Counted from the first letter of the stretch, positions 33,715 through 42,219 are shown. The stretch is DNA of 57,906 bases from Thermoplasmatota archaeon (GCA_035283065.1 DATEUP010000100.1:1-57906); one strand, 5' to 3'. A program made the numbers and translations. The notes: generated from the sequence alone by a model not told the origin.

Positions 33715-34626
33715 TCACTTGAGGATGCGGCGGACCTTCCTCTGCCTCGAGCCGCCCGCAAGGGCGGCCGCTGCGATGGCTGCGAGGAACACGATGGGCG
33801 CCTCGAAGCCCGGCAGGGAGAACCCGACCGTGCGGATGAACACGGGCAGCATGTCCTCGAAGGGCTGGTTCTGCGCGGCGCCTTCACCCGAGCTTGCTTG
33901 GAACTCGATCACCGTGACCTTATTGTCCGAGACGAGGCGGAATTCCTTCGGCAGGCCGACGCTCACCTGCACGTCGCTAAAGAGGGTGGGCTCGATCGTG
34001 AAGGACTGCCTCGACATCACGATGATCCACTGCGCGGTGGAGAGCTCCTCGAGGTTTTTCACGGTGACCCTGATCTGGTCGCGGACATTGCCTTCGTTGT
34101 AGATGCGGAAGACGAGCACGACTTGGGTCGAGTACGAGGATTCCATGAACGGCGTGGTCGACGAGACGATCGTGCGGAAATAGGCCTTCGGCGTGACGAT
34201 GGCCTGGGCCTGCGCCTGGGACTGGAGGCCGCCGGCGATCACGCGGCCCGTGACCGTGAGCTGGCCCACCTCGGTGGCCGAGGTGCCGGCCGGGACGACG
34301 ACGGTCACGGAGAAGGGCCCCGTGCGCACGTTTGTCACGGTGATCGAGGCGGGGGAGACAGTCGCGACCCAGCCCGTCGTGACGACAGCGGTGAAGCTCA
34401 CTTGGGCGCGCTCGATGTTGAGCTTGTCGACCGTGTAGTTGCCCGTGAACGTGACGGCGGCCTGCTGGGAGGCCGTGATTGGGGCGACGCGCTCGGAGGG
34501 GAGCAGCGTGATTGCGATGACGGGGACAGGGTTCTGCGCAGCCGCGGTCTCCGAAAGGGCCGAGACGGTGGACACAAGGAGGATGGTTGCGATCGACGCG
34601 CGGGCAATCTTCTGGGTCAAGGTCAT
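33715..34626 (-). CDS. Secreted surface protein with a PGF-CTERM archaeosortase sorting signal.
   Basis: The signal peptide is MTLTQKIARASIATILLVSTVSALSETAAA. The C-terminus, GFSLPGFEAPIVFLAAIAAAALAGGSRQRKVRR, is PGF plus a TM segment plus a basic tail. Confidence 0.8.
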   Translation of the reverse strand: MTLTQKIARASIATILLVSTVSALSETAAAQNPVPVIAITLLPSERVAPITASQQAAVTFTGNYTVDKLNIERAQVSFTAVVTTGWVATVSPASITVTNVRTGPFSVTVVVPAGTSATEVGQLTVTGRVIAGGLQSQAQAQAIVTPKAYFRTIVSSTTPFMESSYSTQVVLVFRIYNEGNVRDQIRVTVKNLEELSTAQWIIVMSRQSFTIEPTLFSDVQVSVGLPKEFRLVSDNKVTVIEFQASSGEGAAQNQPFEDMLPVFIRTVGFSLPGFEAPIVFLAAIAAAALAGGSRQRKVRRILK

Positions 34627-34826
34627 GGGAATTCGGCTCCAGGCTGGCGCTGCGATCGTGGGGTCGATATATAACCCTTAACTCCGGGGACGCTCGGCCA
34701 TCCAGGCGGCGTCTTTCGCGCCCCTGGGGCGTGTGCGGCGGAGTCGGTCGCGGGCACCGGGCAACCGTTCGCGCGGGCTATATTAAGAAAAGTGGTGGGG
34801 GGCTTTGACGGGGCCCGCGGCCGGGG

Positions 34827-36242
34827 TCAGAGGGAGGAGGGGTCGAGGAGCGCCGCGTCGGTCCCGGGGGCGGGCTCGGCGGGGCCGCCCGGGGAGGGGG
34901 CCGAGGCGCGCAGGCACACGTCGCGCCCGCGCCTTTCCGTGGAGAGGAGCAGGGCGTCCCTGAGGACGCCGACATTGTAGGAGATGACCTGCTTCGACTC
35001 GCCAAGGGCGCGGGCGACCTCCCGCTGAGAGACGCCCGGCGTGCGTTCGGCCGCCTCGAGGATGTCGACCTGGAGGCGCGTGAGGAGGGTTCGCCCCCTG
35101 GGGATCTTGTAGTCGCGGGGGTAAAAGCGCTTGAAGATCCCCTCGCTGCGCGCGACGAGGTAGTTCTCGCGGAGGAGCACGCGCAGGTGGTAGGCGAGCA
35201 CGCCGTTCTCGATATCGAGGACCTCCTGGATCGCGCTGTAGTGCGCGCCGGGGTTCGCCTGGATGTAGCCGTAGATCTGCCCGCGCGTGAAGTTGTCGAG
35301 CACCCTGTCGCGCTTGAGGCGGGTGAAGAGCGGCACGAGGAGGGCAAACGAGAGCGCGAGGTAGCCCACCTCCGTGAGGGAGAAATACGCGACGAGCCCG
35401 AGGCCGAAAAGGCCGAGGGTGATGGGCACCCAATACGTCGAGAGGAAGTCGCCGGGGGGCGCCCCGGGCAGCGGTGCGGGGCGGATGACCTCGAAGGGCG
35501 CGGAGAGGGTCGCGGAGATCTCGGGGTGGGAGGCGGAGGTCACCGTGACCGACCACTCGTAGTCGCCGGAGGGGGCGGTTGAGGGCACGCGGAGCTCGAG
35601 GCTCACGTTTTCCCTCGAGCCGGGTGCGATGACCTGGACGGGCGGCGGCACGGTCCGGGCGGTCCATCCCGCGGGGGTGGTGAAGGCTGCGTCGAAGTCG
35701 AGGTCGAAGGTGGCGAGGTTGCGGAGCGTAAGGACCCAGGTGGCGGCCTCGCCGGGGTGCGGCAGCGGCGAGGCGAGCGCCGCCTCGATGGCAAGGGGCC
35801 CGCGGAAGACCGACACGGTAAAGGCCGCGTGGGCGTCGATGGGGAAGGGCTCGCCGTCCGTCGCGCGGACGCGGAGCGGGTAGGAGCCTTCGGCGGCCTG
35901 GCGGGGGACGTCGACCCAGGCGGTGAAGCGCACGTCCGTGTCGCTCGCGCGCGAGATCGTCGAGGGGGAGATGTCGCGGGCCCAGGAGGTGCCCTCGACC
36001 GTGAGCGCGAGGTTCACCATGTGGCGGCCGTCCGTGTTGATCCGGACGGTCCCCGCAAGCGAGACGCGCAAGTCGCTCTGCGCGTTGTACAGCGTCGCGG
36101 TGAGGGCGGACTGGTCGATCTCGATTGTGGCGCCGATGGCCGCGTCCTCGGCCGAGGCCGGCAGCGCAAGGAGGGTCAGCACAAGGGCCGAGGCCAGCAG
36201 GGGGGCAAGACCGCGGAGCGCCAAGCGCGAAGCGCGCATCAA
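34827..36242 (-). CDS. Transmembrane regulator: signal peptide, extracellular Ig-like (NEW3/CARDB-type) domains, 2 TM segments, cytoplasmic tandem winged-helix domains.
   Basis: The start is TTG 36242 or ATG 36239. The extracellular part includes GEAATWVLTLRNLATFDLDFD... and SGDYEWSVTVTS. The TM segments are WVPITLGLFGLGLVAYF and LALSFALLVPLF. The wHTH domains are GQIYGYIQANPGAHYSAIQEVLDIENGVLAYHLRVLLRENYLV and LQVDILEAAERTPGVSQREVARALGESKQVISYNVGVLRDALLL. Confidence 0.8.
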   Translation of the reverse strand: MMRASRLALRGLAPLLASALVLTLLALPASAEDAAIGATIEIDQSALTATLYNAQSDLRVSLAGTVRINTDGRHMVNLALTVEGTSWARDISPSTISRASDTDVRFTAWVDVPRQAAEGSYPLRVRATDGEPFPIDAHAAFTVSVFRGPLAIEAALASPLPHPGEAATWVLTLRNLATFDLDFDAAFTTPAGWTARTVPPPVQVIAPGSRENVSLELRVPSTAPSGDYEWSVTVTSASHPEISATLSAPFEVIRPAPLPGAPPGDFLSTYWVPITLGLFGLGLVAYFSLTEVGYLALSFALLVPLFTRLKRDRVLDNFTRGQIYGYIQANPGAHYSAIQEVLDIENGVLAYHLRVLLRENYLVARSEGIFKRFYPRDYKIPRGRTLLTRLQVDILEAAERTPGVSQREVARALGESKQVISYNVGVLRDALLLSTERRGRDVCLRASAPSPGGPAEPAPGTDAALLDPSSL

Positions 36243-36260
36243 CGTCTAACGCTTGATGCG

Positions 36261-36272
36261 GGTTATTATATG
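36261..36272 (-). promoter_or_regulatory. Putative TATA box for the transmembrane wHTH gene.
   Basis: The minus strand reads CATATAATAACC, 20-30 nt upstream of the start codon. It is an isolated AT island. Confidence 0.45.
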
Positions 36273-36315
36273 AAATTGGTGGGGACGTTGGACGTTGGAA
36301 GGGGCGCGGGGCCCC

Positions 36316-36672
36316 TCACGCGTCCTTGAGAATCGCGGGGAGGCGCTTCACGAATGCCGAACGGGCAAGCACGAGGTTGCAGCCGGCGCCCTCCGCTTCG
36401 GCCTTCAACGCAACCATGACGTGCGAAAAGTAGCCGACGACGAAGGCGCCGCGGGTTCGGGGGTCGGCCTTGAGCGCCTTCAGTGCCTCCACGCGCGAGT
36501 AGCCCTCGCCGTTGAGGTCGAGGATCACGAGGCGCGCGCCTACTCGGGCCGCGGATTCGACGGTCTCCCCAATCGAGCGCGTGAAGAGGAGTTCGACGCC
36601 GACACCGTGCGCGGCCTCCTTGAGCTTCGACGCGAAGAATACGTCGTCCACGGCGGCAACGGCAGCGGGCAT
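36316..36672 (-). CDS. Single-domain response-regulator receiver (CheY-like), divergent.
   Basis: 118 aa. It has the acidic pair VDDVFF, the phospho-acceptor context LVILDLNGEG and YFSH at the T/S position. The conserved Lys position appears to be Arg (LARSAF). Confidence 0.6.
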   Translation of the reverse strand: MPAAVAAVDDVFFASKLKEAAHGVGVELLFTRSIGETVESAARVGARLVILDLNGEGYSRVEALKALKADPRTRGAFVVGYFSHVMVALKAEAEGAGCNLVLARSAFVKRLPAILKDA

Positions 36673-36687
36673 CGCGGGGCGGCCTCC

Positions 36688-37083
36688 TTAGAGCGTGCCG
36701 TCGACAGCAAGGCCGGCCGAGCCCCTCACGAAGAGCACCGGCACGCCGCGGCGGCGCAGGCGGCGCCGGAGGTCCCGGTCGTTTGTGAGCACGGCCCGCC
36801 GCGGGCCCGCAGAGGCCGCCTCGATGATCGCGTCGTCGCCCAGGCCCTCGGCCTCGAACGCGGGAAAGCCCTTCGCCAGCGCGCGGGCCTCCCGGGCGTG
36901 CCGGCGCGCCCCGAGGCTCTCGAGTTCGCGCCCCACGCACGAGGGCACGACGGCGGTCCAGCCGGGTGCCGCCGCCGAAAGCCCGCGCGCAAGGTCGATG
37001 CGCAGGCGCGCTGCAGTCATGAGCGCGTTCGCGTCGAGCAGAACGAGCCGCTCGCGCGGCGCCGCCGCCTTAGGGGAGGCCAC
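36688..37083 (-). CDS. PIN-domain protein (Fcf1/Utp24-like, COG1412 type).
   Basis: 131 aa from the GTG at 37083, with a GGAGGGG SD in the 14-nt gap after the aIF2-gamma stop. Motifs are LVLLDANALM, DDAIIEAA and AVLTNDRDLRRRL..RGVPVL. It is a conserved neighbour of aIF2-gamma. Confidence 0.75.
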   Translation of the reverse strand: MASPKAAAPRERLVLLDANALMTAARLRIDLARGLSAAAPGWTAVVPSCVGRELESLGARRHAREARALAKGFPAFEAEGLGDDAIIEAASAGPRRAVLTNDRDLRRRLRRRGVPVLFVRGSAGLAVDGTL

Positions 37084-37097
37084 GGCCGCCCCCCTCC

Positions 37098-38336
37098 TTA
37101 CTTCAGGATCACGCCGTGGCCGATTAGCCGCCAGCGCGCGCCGAAACGCCGCGAGATCGCCACGCGGTCGCCAAGCTCGGCGCAAACGGGCATCTTGAGG
37201 TCGAGGTCGACCTTGGCGGCCGACATCCCCTTCACGGTCCCCACGTTCGTGGCCGCCCCGATCGAGAGCATGAGCAGCTCGGTCGTGCGGATCTTCTCGA
37301 CCTTGATGTCTTCGCCCGCGCCCACAACATAGTCGAGCAGGTGCGTCTCGACCGTCACGCGCTGGATCTGGCGGGGCAGCGTGCCCGGCGCCCCCAGCAT
37401 GCGGCCCACGAGCGAGTCGGCTTTCGTGAACGAGGGGTCGATCCCCGTGCCTACGGCGATGAGTCCGCCGGAGTGGGTCTCCTCGACCGCCTGCCCGCCG
37501 ACCATGAGCGAGACGATGCGCGTGTGGAGGTTCTCCCAGCGCGTGCGCCCCTCTTCCTCGAGCTTGCGCCCGGGCACGATCTCGACCTCGTCGCCGACCT
37601 TGAGCGACCCTTGGAGGAGCGAGCCGCCGAAGACGCCGCCGCGCAGGTCCTGGGGCCGCGTGCCGGGCTTGTTGATGTCGAAGGAGCGCGACACGTACAT
37701 GCGGGGGGGCGCCTTGGCGTCGATCGCGCGCGTCGGGATCGTCTTGTCGATCGCCTCGAGGAGCGCGTCGATATTCACGTCGTGGTGGGCCGACACGGGG
37801 ATGATCGGCGCCTTCTCGGCGATCGTCCCCTTGAGGAACTCCTTGATCTCGCGGTAGGACTCCTTCGCGCGCTCGACCGTGACGAGGTCGACCTTGTTCT
37901 GCACGACGACGACCTTGTCGATGCCGGCGATCTGGAGCGCAACGAGGTGCTCCTTGGTCTGAGGCTGCGGGCAGCGCTCGTTGGCGGCCATGAGGAGGAG
38001 CGCGCCGTCCATGAGCGAGGCGCCCGTGAGCATGGTCGCCATGAGGGTCTCGTGGCCGGGGGCGTCGACGAAGGAGACCGTGCGCAGGAGCCTCGTGGGC
38101 TTGCCGCAGTGCGGGCACGCGGGCTTCACGGTGTAGGCCTTCGTCCCCTCCTCGGAGTCGCACTTGTAGAAGGCGGCGTCGGCATAGCCGAGCTTGATCG
38201 AGATCCCCCGCTTGACTTCCTCCGAGTGGCGGTCGGTCCACTCGCCCGTGAGCGCTTCGGTGAGCGTCGTCTTGCCGTGGTCGACGTGGCCGACGACGCC
38301 GATGTTGAGTTCCGGGGGCTGGGGGACTTTGGCCAT
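37098..38336 (-). CDS. eif2g: Translation initiation factor aIF2 subunit gamma.
   Basis: 412 aa from the ATG at 38336: MAKVPQPPELNIGVVGHVDHGKTTLTEALTG ... CPHCG zinc knuckle ... VDAPGHE ... NKVDL. The upstream extension in the track is a shadow. Confidence 0.95.
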   Translation of the reverse strand: MAKVPQPPELNIGVVGHVDHGKTTLTEALTGEWTDRHSEEVKRGISIKLGYADAAFYKCDSEEGTKAYTVKPACPHCGKPTRLLRTVSFVDAPGHETLMATMLTGASLMDGALLLMAANERCPQPQTKEHLVALQIAGIDKVVVVQNKVDLVTVERAKESYREIKEFLKGTIAEKAPIIPVSAHHDVNIDALLEAIDKTIPTRAIDAKAPPRMYVSRSFDINKPGTRPQDLRGGVFGGSLLQGSLKVGDEVEIVPGRKLEEEGRTRWENLHTRIVSLMVGGQAVEETHSGGLIAVGTGIDPSFTKADSLVGRMLGAPGTLPRQIQRVTVETHLLDYVVGAGEDIKVEKIRTTELLMLSIGAATNVGTVKGMSAAKVDLDLKMPVCAELGDRVAISRRFGARWRLIGHGVILK

Positions 38337-38501
38337 TGTAGGGGCACCGGGGATGGCGAGGATACGGAAGGGGGTATTTCCCGGTTTGCGTGGGGCGTCC
38401 CGCCCGCTGGCTTCCCTTTCTTGGGGGGCCTTGGGGCACCCGGCTCGCGGGCAAAACGGTAAACCCGCGGGCGGCGGATCGGAAGGCGAGGCGCGGGGAG
38501 A

Positions 38502-39380
38502 ATGGGCCCGGAGGCGACCACCGACGTCGACGAGGTCGAAGGCGCCCCCCGGCCGCTGCGGGCGCCCGCGCAAGTGCGGGGCCAGCTCCTCCTGCTCTCC
38601 GCCGCGACTTCCGCGCTTGCCGTGGGGCTCTTCGTCTCGTGGGCCGCACTCCACGGCACGGCCGCGTTCTTGAGCCCGCTCCTCTGGGCGGCGATGGCCG
38701 CGTTCTGGGCCTCCGTCTTCCACCTCCTCTATTTCTTCACCGTCGAGGCGGTCGCGCGCACGATGAAGGCGCAGGGCGCGGCCGAGGTCGTGGGCGCCCG
38801 CGTCCTCTGGCTGCCGCAGGGGACCGCGCGCACCGTGGGCGCCACGATGGAGTTCAAGGCGAGGTCGGACGGCGAGCGCCTTCCCTCCGAGTTCACGCTC
38901 TACCTTGGCGTCAACCTGTTATGGGCGGTCCATGTGATCGGGCTGAGGGCCGTGTGGCAGTGCCACGAGAGCGGCGTCCTCCTGCTCACGCCGAGGGCGC
39001 CGCGCTTCCTCGGCGGCGCGACGGCCGAGAGCCTCGAGCTCCCGTCGCCCGAAGTCGCCGCGATCAAGGGCTTGCTTGCAAGGCCCGGCGAGCCGAAGGG
39101 GATGCCGGACTGGGGGACTCCCGTGGGCCCGCTTGCGCGCAGGGCGCTTGAGGACGTCAAGGCGACCGATTGGCTCCTCGGCCCCGAGCAGCCCTTCGTG
39201 GCGCTCGAGGCCTTCGGCGGGCGCCTCGAGAAGTTCTGGCCGCCGATCGCCCAGCAGATCGCGGACCTCGACGTGGAAGGCGCACTCGACTTGCTCAAGG
39301 TCGTCCGCGCCTTCGACCGCGACGCGATGAACGCGCGGGCCGGAAGGCTCACTTCTTCTCCTTCTTCTCCTCGGCCTTGA
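38502..39380 (+). CDS. Hypothetical membrane protein (2 N-terminal TM segments).
   Basis: 292 aa. The TM segments are LLLLSAATSALAVGLFVSWAAL and LLWAAMAAFWASVFHLLYFF. The soluble part contains W and H and looks protein-like. Its 3' end overlaps the rps6e 3' end by 32 nt. Confidence 0.5.
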   Translation: MGPEATTDVDEVEGAPRPLRAPAQVRGQLLLLSAATSALAVGLFVSWAALHGTAAFLSPLLWAAMAAFWASVFHLLYFFTVEAVARTMKAQGAAEVVGARVLWLPQGTARTVGATMEFKARSDGERLPSEFTLYLGVNLLWAVHVIGLRAVWQCHESGVLLLTPRAPRFLGGATAESLELPSPEVAAIKGLLARPGEPKGMPDWGTPVGPLARRALEDVKATDWLLGPEQPFVALEAFGGRLEKFWPPIAQQIADLDVEGALDLLKVVRAFDRDAMNARAGRLTSSPSSPRP

Positions 39381-39786
39381 GGAGGTCTTCGACGGGCTTC
39401 GCGCCGCGCGTCGTGATCTTGAGGTTGAGTTGCGAGGTCTCCGGCGAGATTGTGTTGCCGCGCACGGGCTTCTTCTTGCGCAGGCCCGACTCGTGCGTCG
39501 GCTTTTCCCGCTTCTTCTTGTGGCGCGTGCGCGCGTGGTAGCCCGTGCCTTCGCTTGCAAGGATCCGGCGGTAGCGGGTCCCCGGCAGGTCGCCGACCAT
39601 CGGGAACCCCGAGCGGTCGGAGCCGCCGGTGATCTTGAGCTTGTACCCGGGCAGCGCGACGAAGATCCCGTCGATTTCGTCGCCGATCTTCTTGCCGACG
39701 AGCGTGTTGGCGTGCTGGCCGGTCACCTTGGTTTGGAAGGACTTGCCGCCCTTGGGGTCGTTCACAACTGCGAGGAATTCAACCAT
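39349..39786 (-). CDS. rps6e: Ribosomal protein eS6.
   Basis: VVNDPKGGKSFQTKV...GKKIGDEIDG....PGYKLKITGGSDRSGFPM..DLPG, with a basic tail. Confidence 0.9.
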   Translation of the reverse strand: MVEFLAVVNDPKGGKSFQTKVTGQHANTLVGKKIGDEIDGIFVALPGYKLKITGGSDRSGFPMVGDLPGTRYRRILASEGTGYHARTRHKKKREKPTHESGLRKKKPVRGNTISPETSQLNLKITTRGAKPVEDLLKAEEKKEKK

Positions 39787-39885
39787 CGAAGGGACACCTT
39801 GCCCGGCCGGCGAGGAAGCCGCCTAACGCGCCTTTCGATATAAGCGTTGGGGGCGCGGGGCGACGGCCCCGGGACGCCTGGCTCC

Positions 39886-42219
39886 TCAAGTCGAGCCCGC
39901 GTCGCTCCGGCGCAACGAGCGGTAGAGCGCAACCCCCGCGACGGCCGCGACGGCGATGAGCCCCGCGCCCACGAGCGCAAGGAGCGCAGACGTCCCTGCC
40001 TGTGCGCCGTTGAGTTCGGTTCGAAGCCGCACGCTTTCGTTCTGCTCGGCAGCCAAGTCTGTCTGCGTTAGGTTGAGCGCCGCCCGCGCGCCGTCAAGTT
40101 CCCCGCGCAGTGCCTGAATCTCGAGGCCGAGGCCGCCTACCTGGTCCGAGATCCGCGAGAGGTTCGCGTTCGTTTGGGTCTCGATTGCGGAGGCCTGGAG
40201 GTCGAGGGTCGTGAGTTCAGCCAGGGCTTGGGCCAAGTCGGACTGCGCCTGCGCGAGGCCGGCGGCGGTCGAGTTGAGCCTCGCGTCAAGCGCGGAGCCT
40301 TGACGCGCGAGGTCGTCGGAGGTCGACTCGAGCGCGGTGCGGAGGGCGGCAAGGTCCTGCTGGAGGAGCGAGATGTTCGACTCGGCCCCGGCAAGCGAGG
40401 CGGCGGTGCGGTTCAGTCTCGCCTCAAGGTCGTCAGCCCGCGCCCGGAGGTCGGCCGCCTCGCCTTGCAAGTCCGAGATGTTGGCGTCGGTTAGGTCAAG
40501 CCGTGCGCGCGTGAGATTCAAGAGGCCGAACACGGCCGAAAGGCGCGACGCCGTTCCGATGAGTTCGTTCCGCAGCCCTTCAAGGTCTGCGCGCAAGGCG
40601 GGATAGGGGTCGTTGAAAGTCACATTGACAACCCGAGATGCGACGTTGCCCGCGAGGTCTGTGGCCTGCACAGGAATTCCGTTGGGGCCCGGTGCAAGCG
40701 CGACTACAACGCTAAACGAGCCATTCGGGGACGGATGGAGCGCCAGGCCACCCACCGAGACGGCCGCGCCAGGCTCGGCCTGGCCCGACACGCGGACGGC
40801 GGGAACCGCGAAGGACGTGTTATTCGCCGGTTCAGCGAGGGTAAGCGCGGGCGCAGCGTGGTCGTACTCGACGTACCGGTTGGCGAAGATGTTCTGGAGC
40901 CCTGCCGGCGAGCCTCCCCAGGCCACAATGAACTGCCCCGACCCGGCCACGGCCGCATCCGAGCCAAAGGCCGACAAGTTGCCTGCGCCCGGAACGCGCC
41001 ATTCCGTCGCGCGCCATCCGCCGGATGGCGTGTACCGGTTCGCGACAAGCACGCCGTCGCCAAAGTACGTGGTTGCGACCGCCTCGCCGCTCGGCGCCAC
41101 GTCAAGGGCAGGGGTTTGGGCGGCTGCGAGGCCGTACGATTCGACGGGGGCGTCCGTCCCCCAACCCGTGCCGGGGACAAATCGGTTGGCGAGCATGCCC
41201 TCCGTCGTCCCATCATGCTGCCGCCAGAGGGCCACGGCTGCCCCAAAGGCGTCCATTCCCACGGATGGGAACCACACATCGGCCGCGCCGCTCTCGACAA
41301 GGACGCGCGCGGTCCACGCGGCGCCGGGCGCGAAATGGCTGGCGTACAGGTTGAGGCTGCCGCCGCCCTGCTGGGTCCATAGCACCGTCGCGTTTCCGGC
41401 CCGATCCATCGCCACGGCTGTCTGGACGCATGCGTTTGCCGCGTCGTTTTCGAGGAGCGTGGCGGCGCCCCAGCCTCCGGCGGCCGCGAAGCGGCGGGCG
41501 TAGGCGCTCTCGGCCCCGCCGAACGACTGCACCCATACGACCGTCGCGTTGCCGCCCTCGTTCATCGCCACACTCGGTTTCGAGGCGCTCGGGCTGCCTA
41601 CGTCCAAGGCTGCGGCGGGCCCCCAACCGCCAGATGGCGTCCACACCCGCCCGACGAGATTCCAGCTTGCCCCGTCGTACTGTAGCCAGACGGCCGTCGC
41701 GTTGCCCCCGGGCGAGACGGCAAGGTCGGGCTCCGTGAGGGAGTTCGCCTGCGTAGTGAGCGTGACGGTGGGCTCCCACCCCCAGCCGCCCACGAAATGC
41801 GCCGCGAAGATCGCGCTTGCCGAGCCCGCAGCGTTGAAGTGGTTCCAGAGGAAGAAGGCGCCTCCCGAGGCATCGGCCGCGACGCGGGGGTCGACGGCGT
41901 TGCCCGTCGTGTTGTTCCCGCCAAAGGACGAATTCGAAAGCACTCGTGCCTCGCCCCACCCGACGCCGGGGGCCATGCGGTTTGCCCACACTTCGATTCG
42001 GGTGCCATTGTACTGCTGCCAGATGGCGAAGACATTGCCGTTCTCGTCGGCGTCCACCCGGGGCTCCTCCCCAAAGGTGGCGGTGCCAGCCTGGAGGAGC
42101 GCGGAGACGCCCCAACCCTCCGGCGGCGCCCCGCCGGAGGCCGAGCCGGAGAGCCCGACCAATAGGGCGTTTGTAAGCAAGCCTACAACCAAGAGGATTC
42201 CAAGCTTCATGGTAGCCAC
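39886..42219 (-). CDS. Surface protein: signal peptide, eight Trp-containing propeller-like repeats, an Ig-like domain, a sequon-rich coiled-coil stalk, a C-terminal TM anchor.
   Basis: 777 aa. The repeat anchors are PEGWGVSALL, GVGWGEARVL, GGWGWEPTVT, SGGWGPAAAL, AGGWGAATLL, GAAWTARVLV, GTGWGTDAPV and SGGWRATEWR, each followed by ..GNA..VW.Q. The C-terminal about 230 aa are heptad-like with many N-x-S/T sites, then ALLALVGAGLIAVAAVAGVALY. Confidence 0.8.
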   Translation of the reverse strand: MATMKLGILLVVGLLTNALLVGLSGSASGGAPPEGWGVSALLQAGTATFGEEPRVDADENGNVFAIWQQYNGTRIEVWANRMAPGVGWGEARVLSNSSFGGNNTTGNAVDPRVAADASGGAFFLWNHFNAAGSASAIFAAHFVGGWGWEPTVTLTTQANSLTEPDLAVSPGGNATAVWLQYDGASWNLVGRVWTPSGGWGPAAALDVGSPSASKPSVAMNEGGNATVVWVQSFGGAESAYARRFAAAGGWGAATLLENDAANACVQTAVAMDRAGNATVLWTQQGGGSLNLYASHFAPGAAWTARVLVESGAADVWFPSVGMDAFGAAVALWRQHDGTTEGMLANRFVPGTGWGTDAPVESYGLAAAQTPALDVAPSGEAVATTYFGDGVLVANRYTPSGGWRATEWRVPGAGNLSAFGSDAAVAGSGQFIVAWGGSPAGLQNIFANRYVEYDHAAPALTLAEPANNTSFAVPAVRVSGQAEPGAAVSVGGLALHPSPNGSFSVVVALAPGPNGIPVQATDLAGNVASRVVNVTFNDPYPALRADLEGLRNELIGTASRLSAVFGLLNLTRARLDLTDANISDLQGEAADLRARADDLEARLNRTAASLAGAESNISLLQQDLAALRTALESTSDDLARQGSALDARLNSTAAGLAQAQSDLAQALAELTTLDLQASAIETQTNANLSRISDQVGGLGLEIQALRGELDGARAALNLTQTDLAAEQNESVRLRTELNGAQAGTSALLALVGAGLIAVAAVAGVALYRSLRRSDAGST

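Noticed and set aside
36688-38723. Track ORFs 36688-38649 (653 aa) and 37098-38723 (541 aa), taken at face value.
   Set aside because: The first is out of frame with aIF2-gamma over most of its length, and only its last 131 codons form the PIN gene. The second is aIF2-gamma with a spurious 129-codon 5' extension, since the conserved N-terminus MAKVPQPPELNIGVVGHVDHGKT starts at 38336.
38919-39560. A 213-aa minus-strand ORF overlapping rps6e and the membrane-protein gene.
   Set aside because: It is out of frame with eS6, which is unambiguous, and antisense to 38502-39380. It is an Arg-rich shadow sequence.
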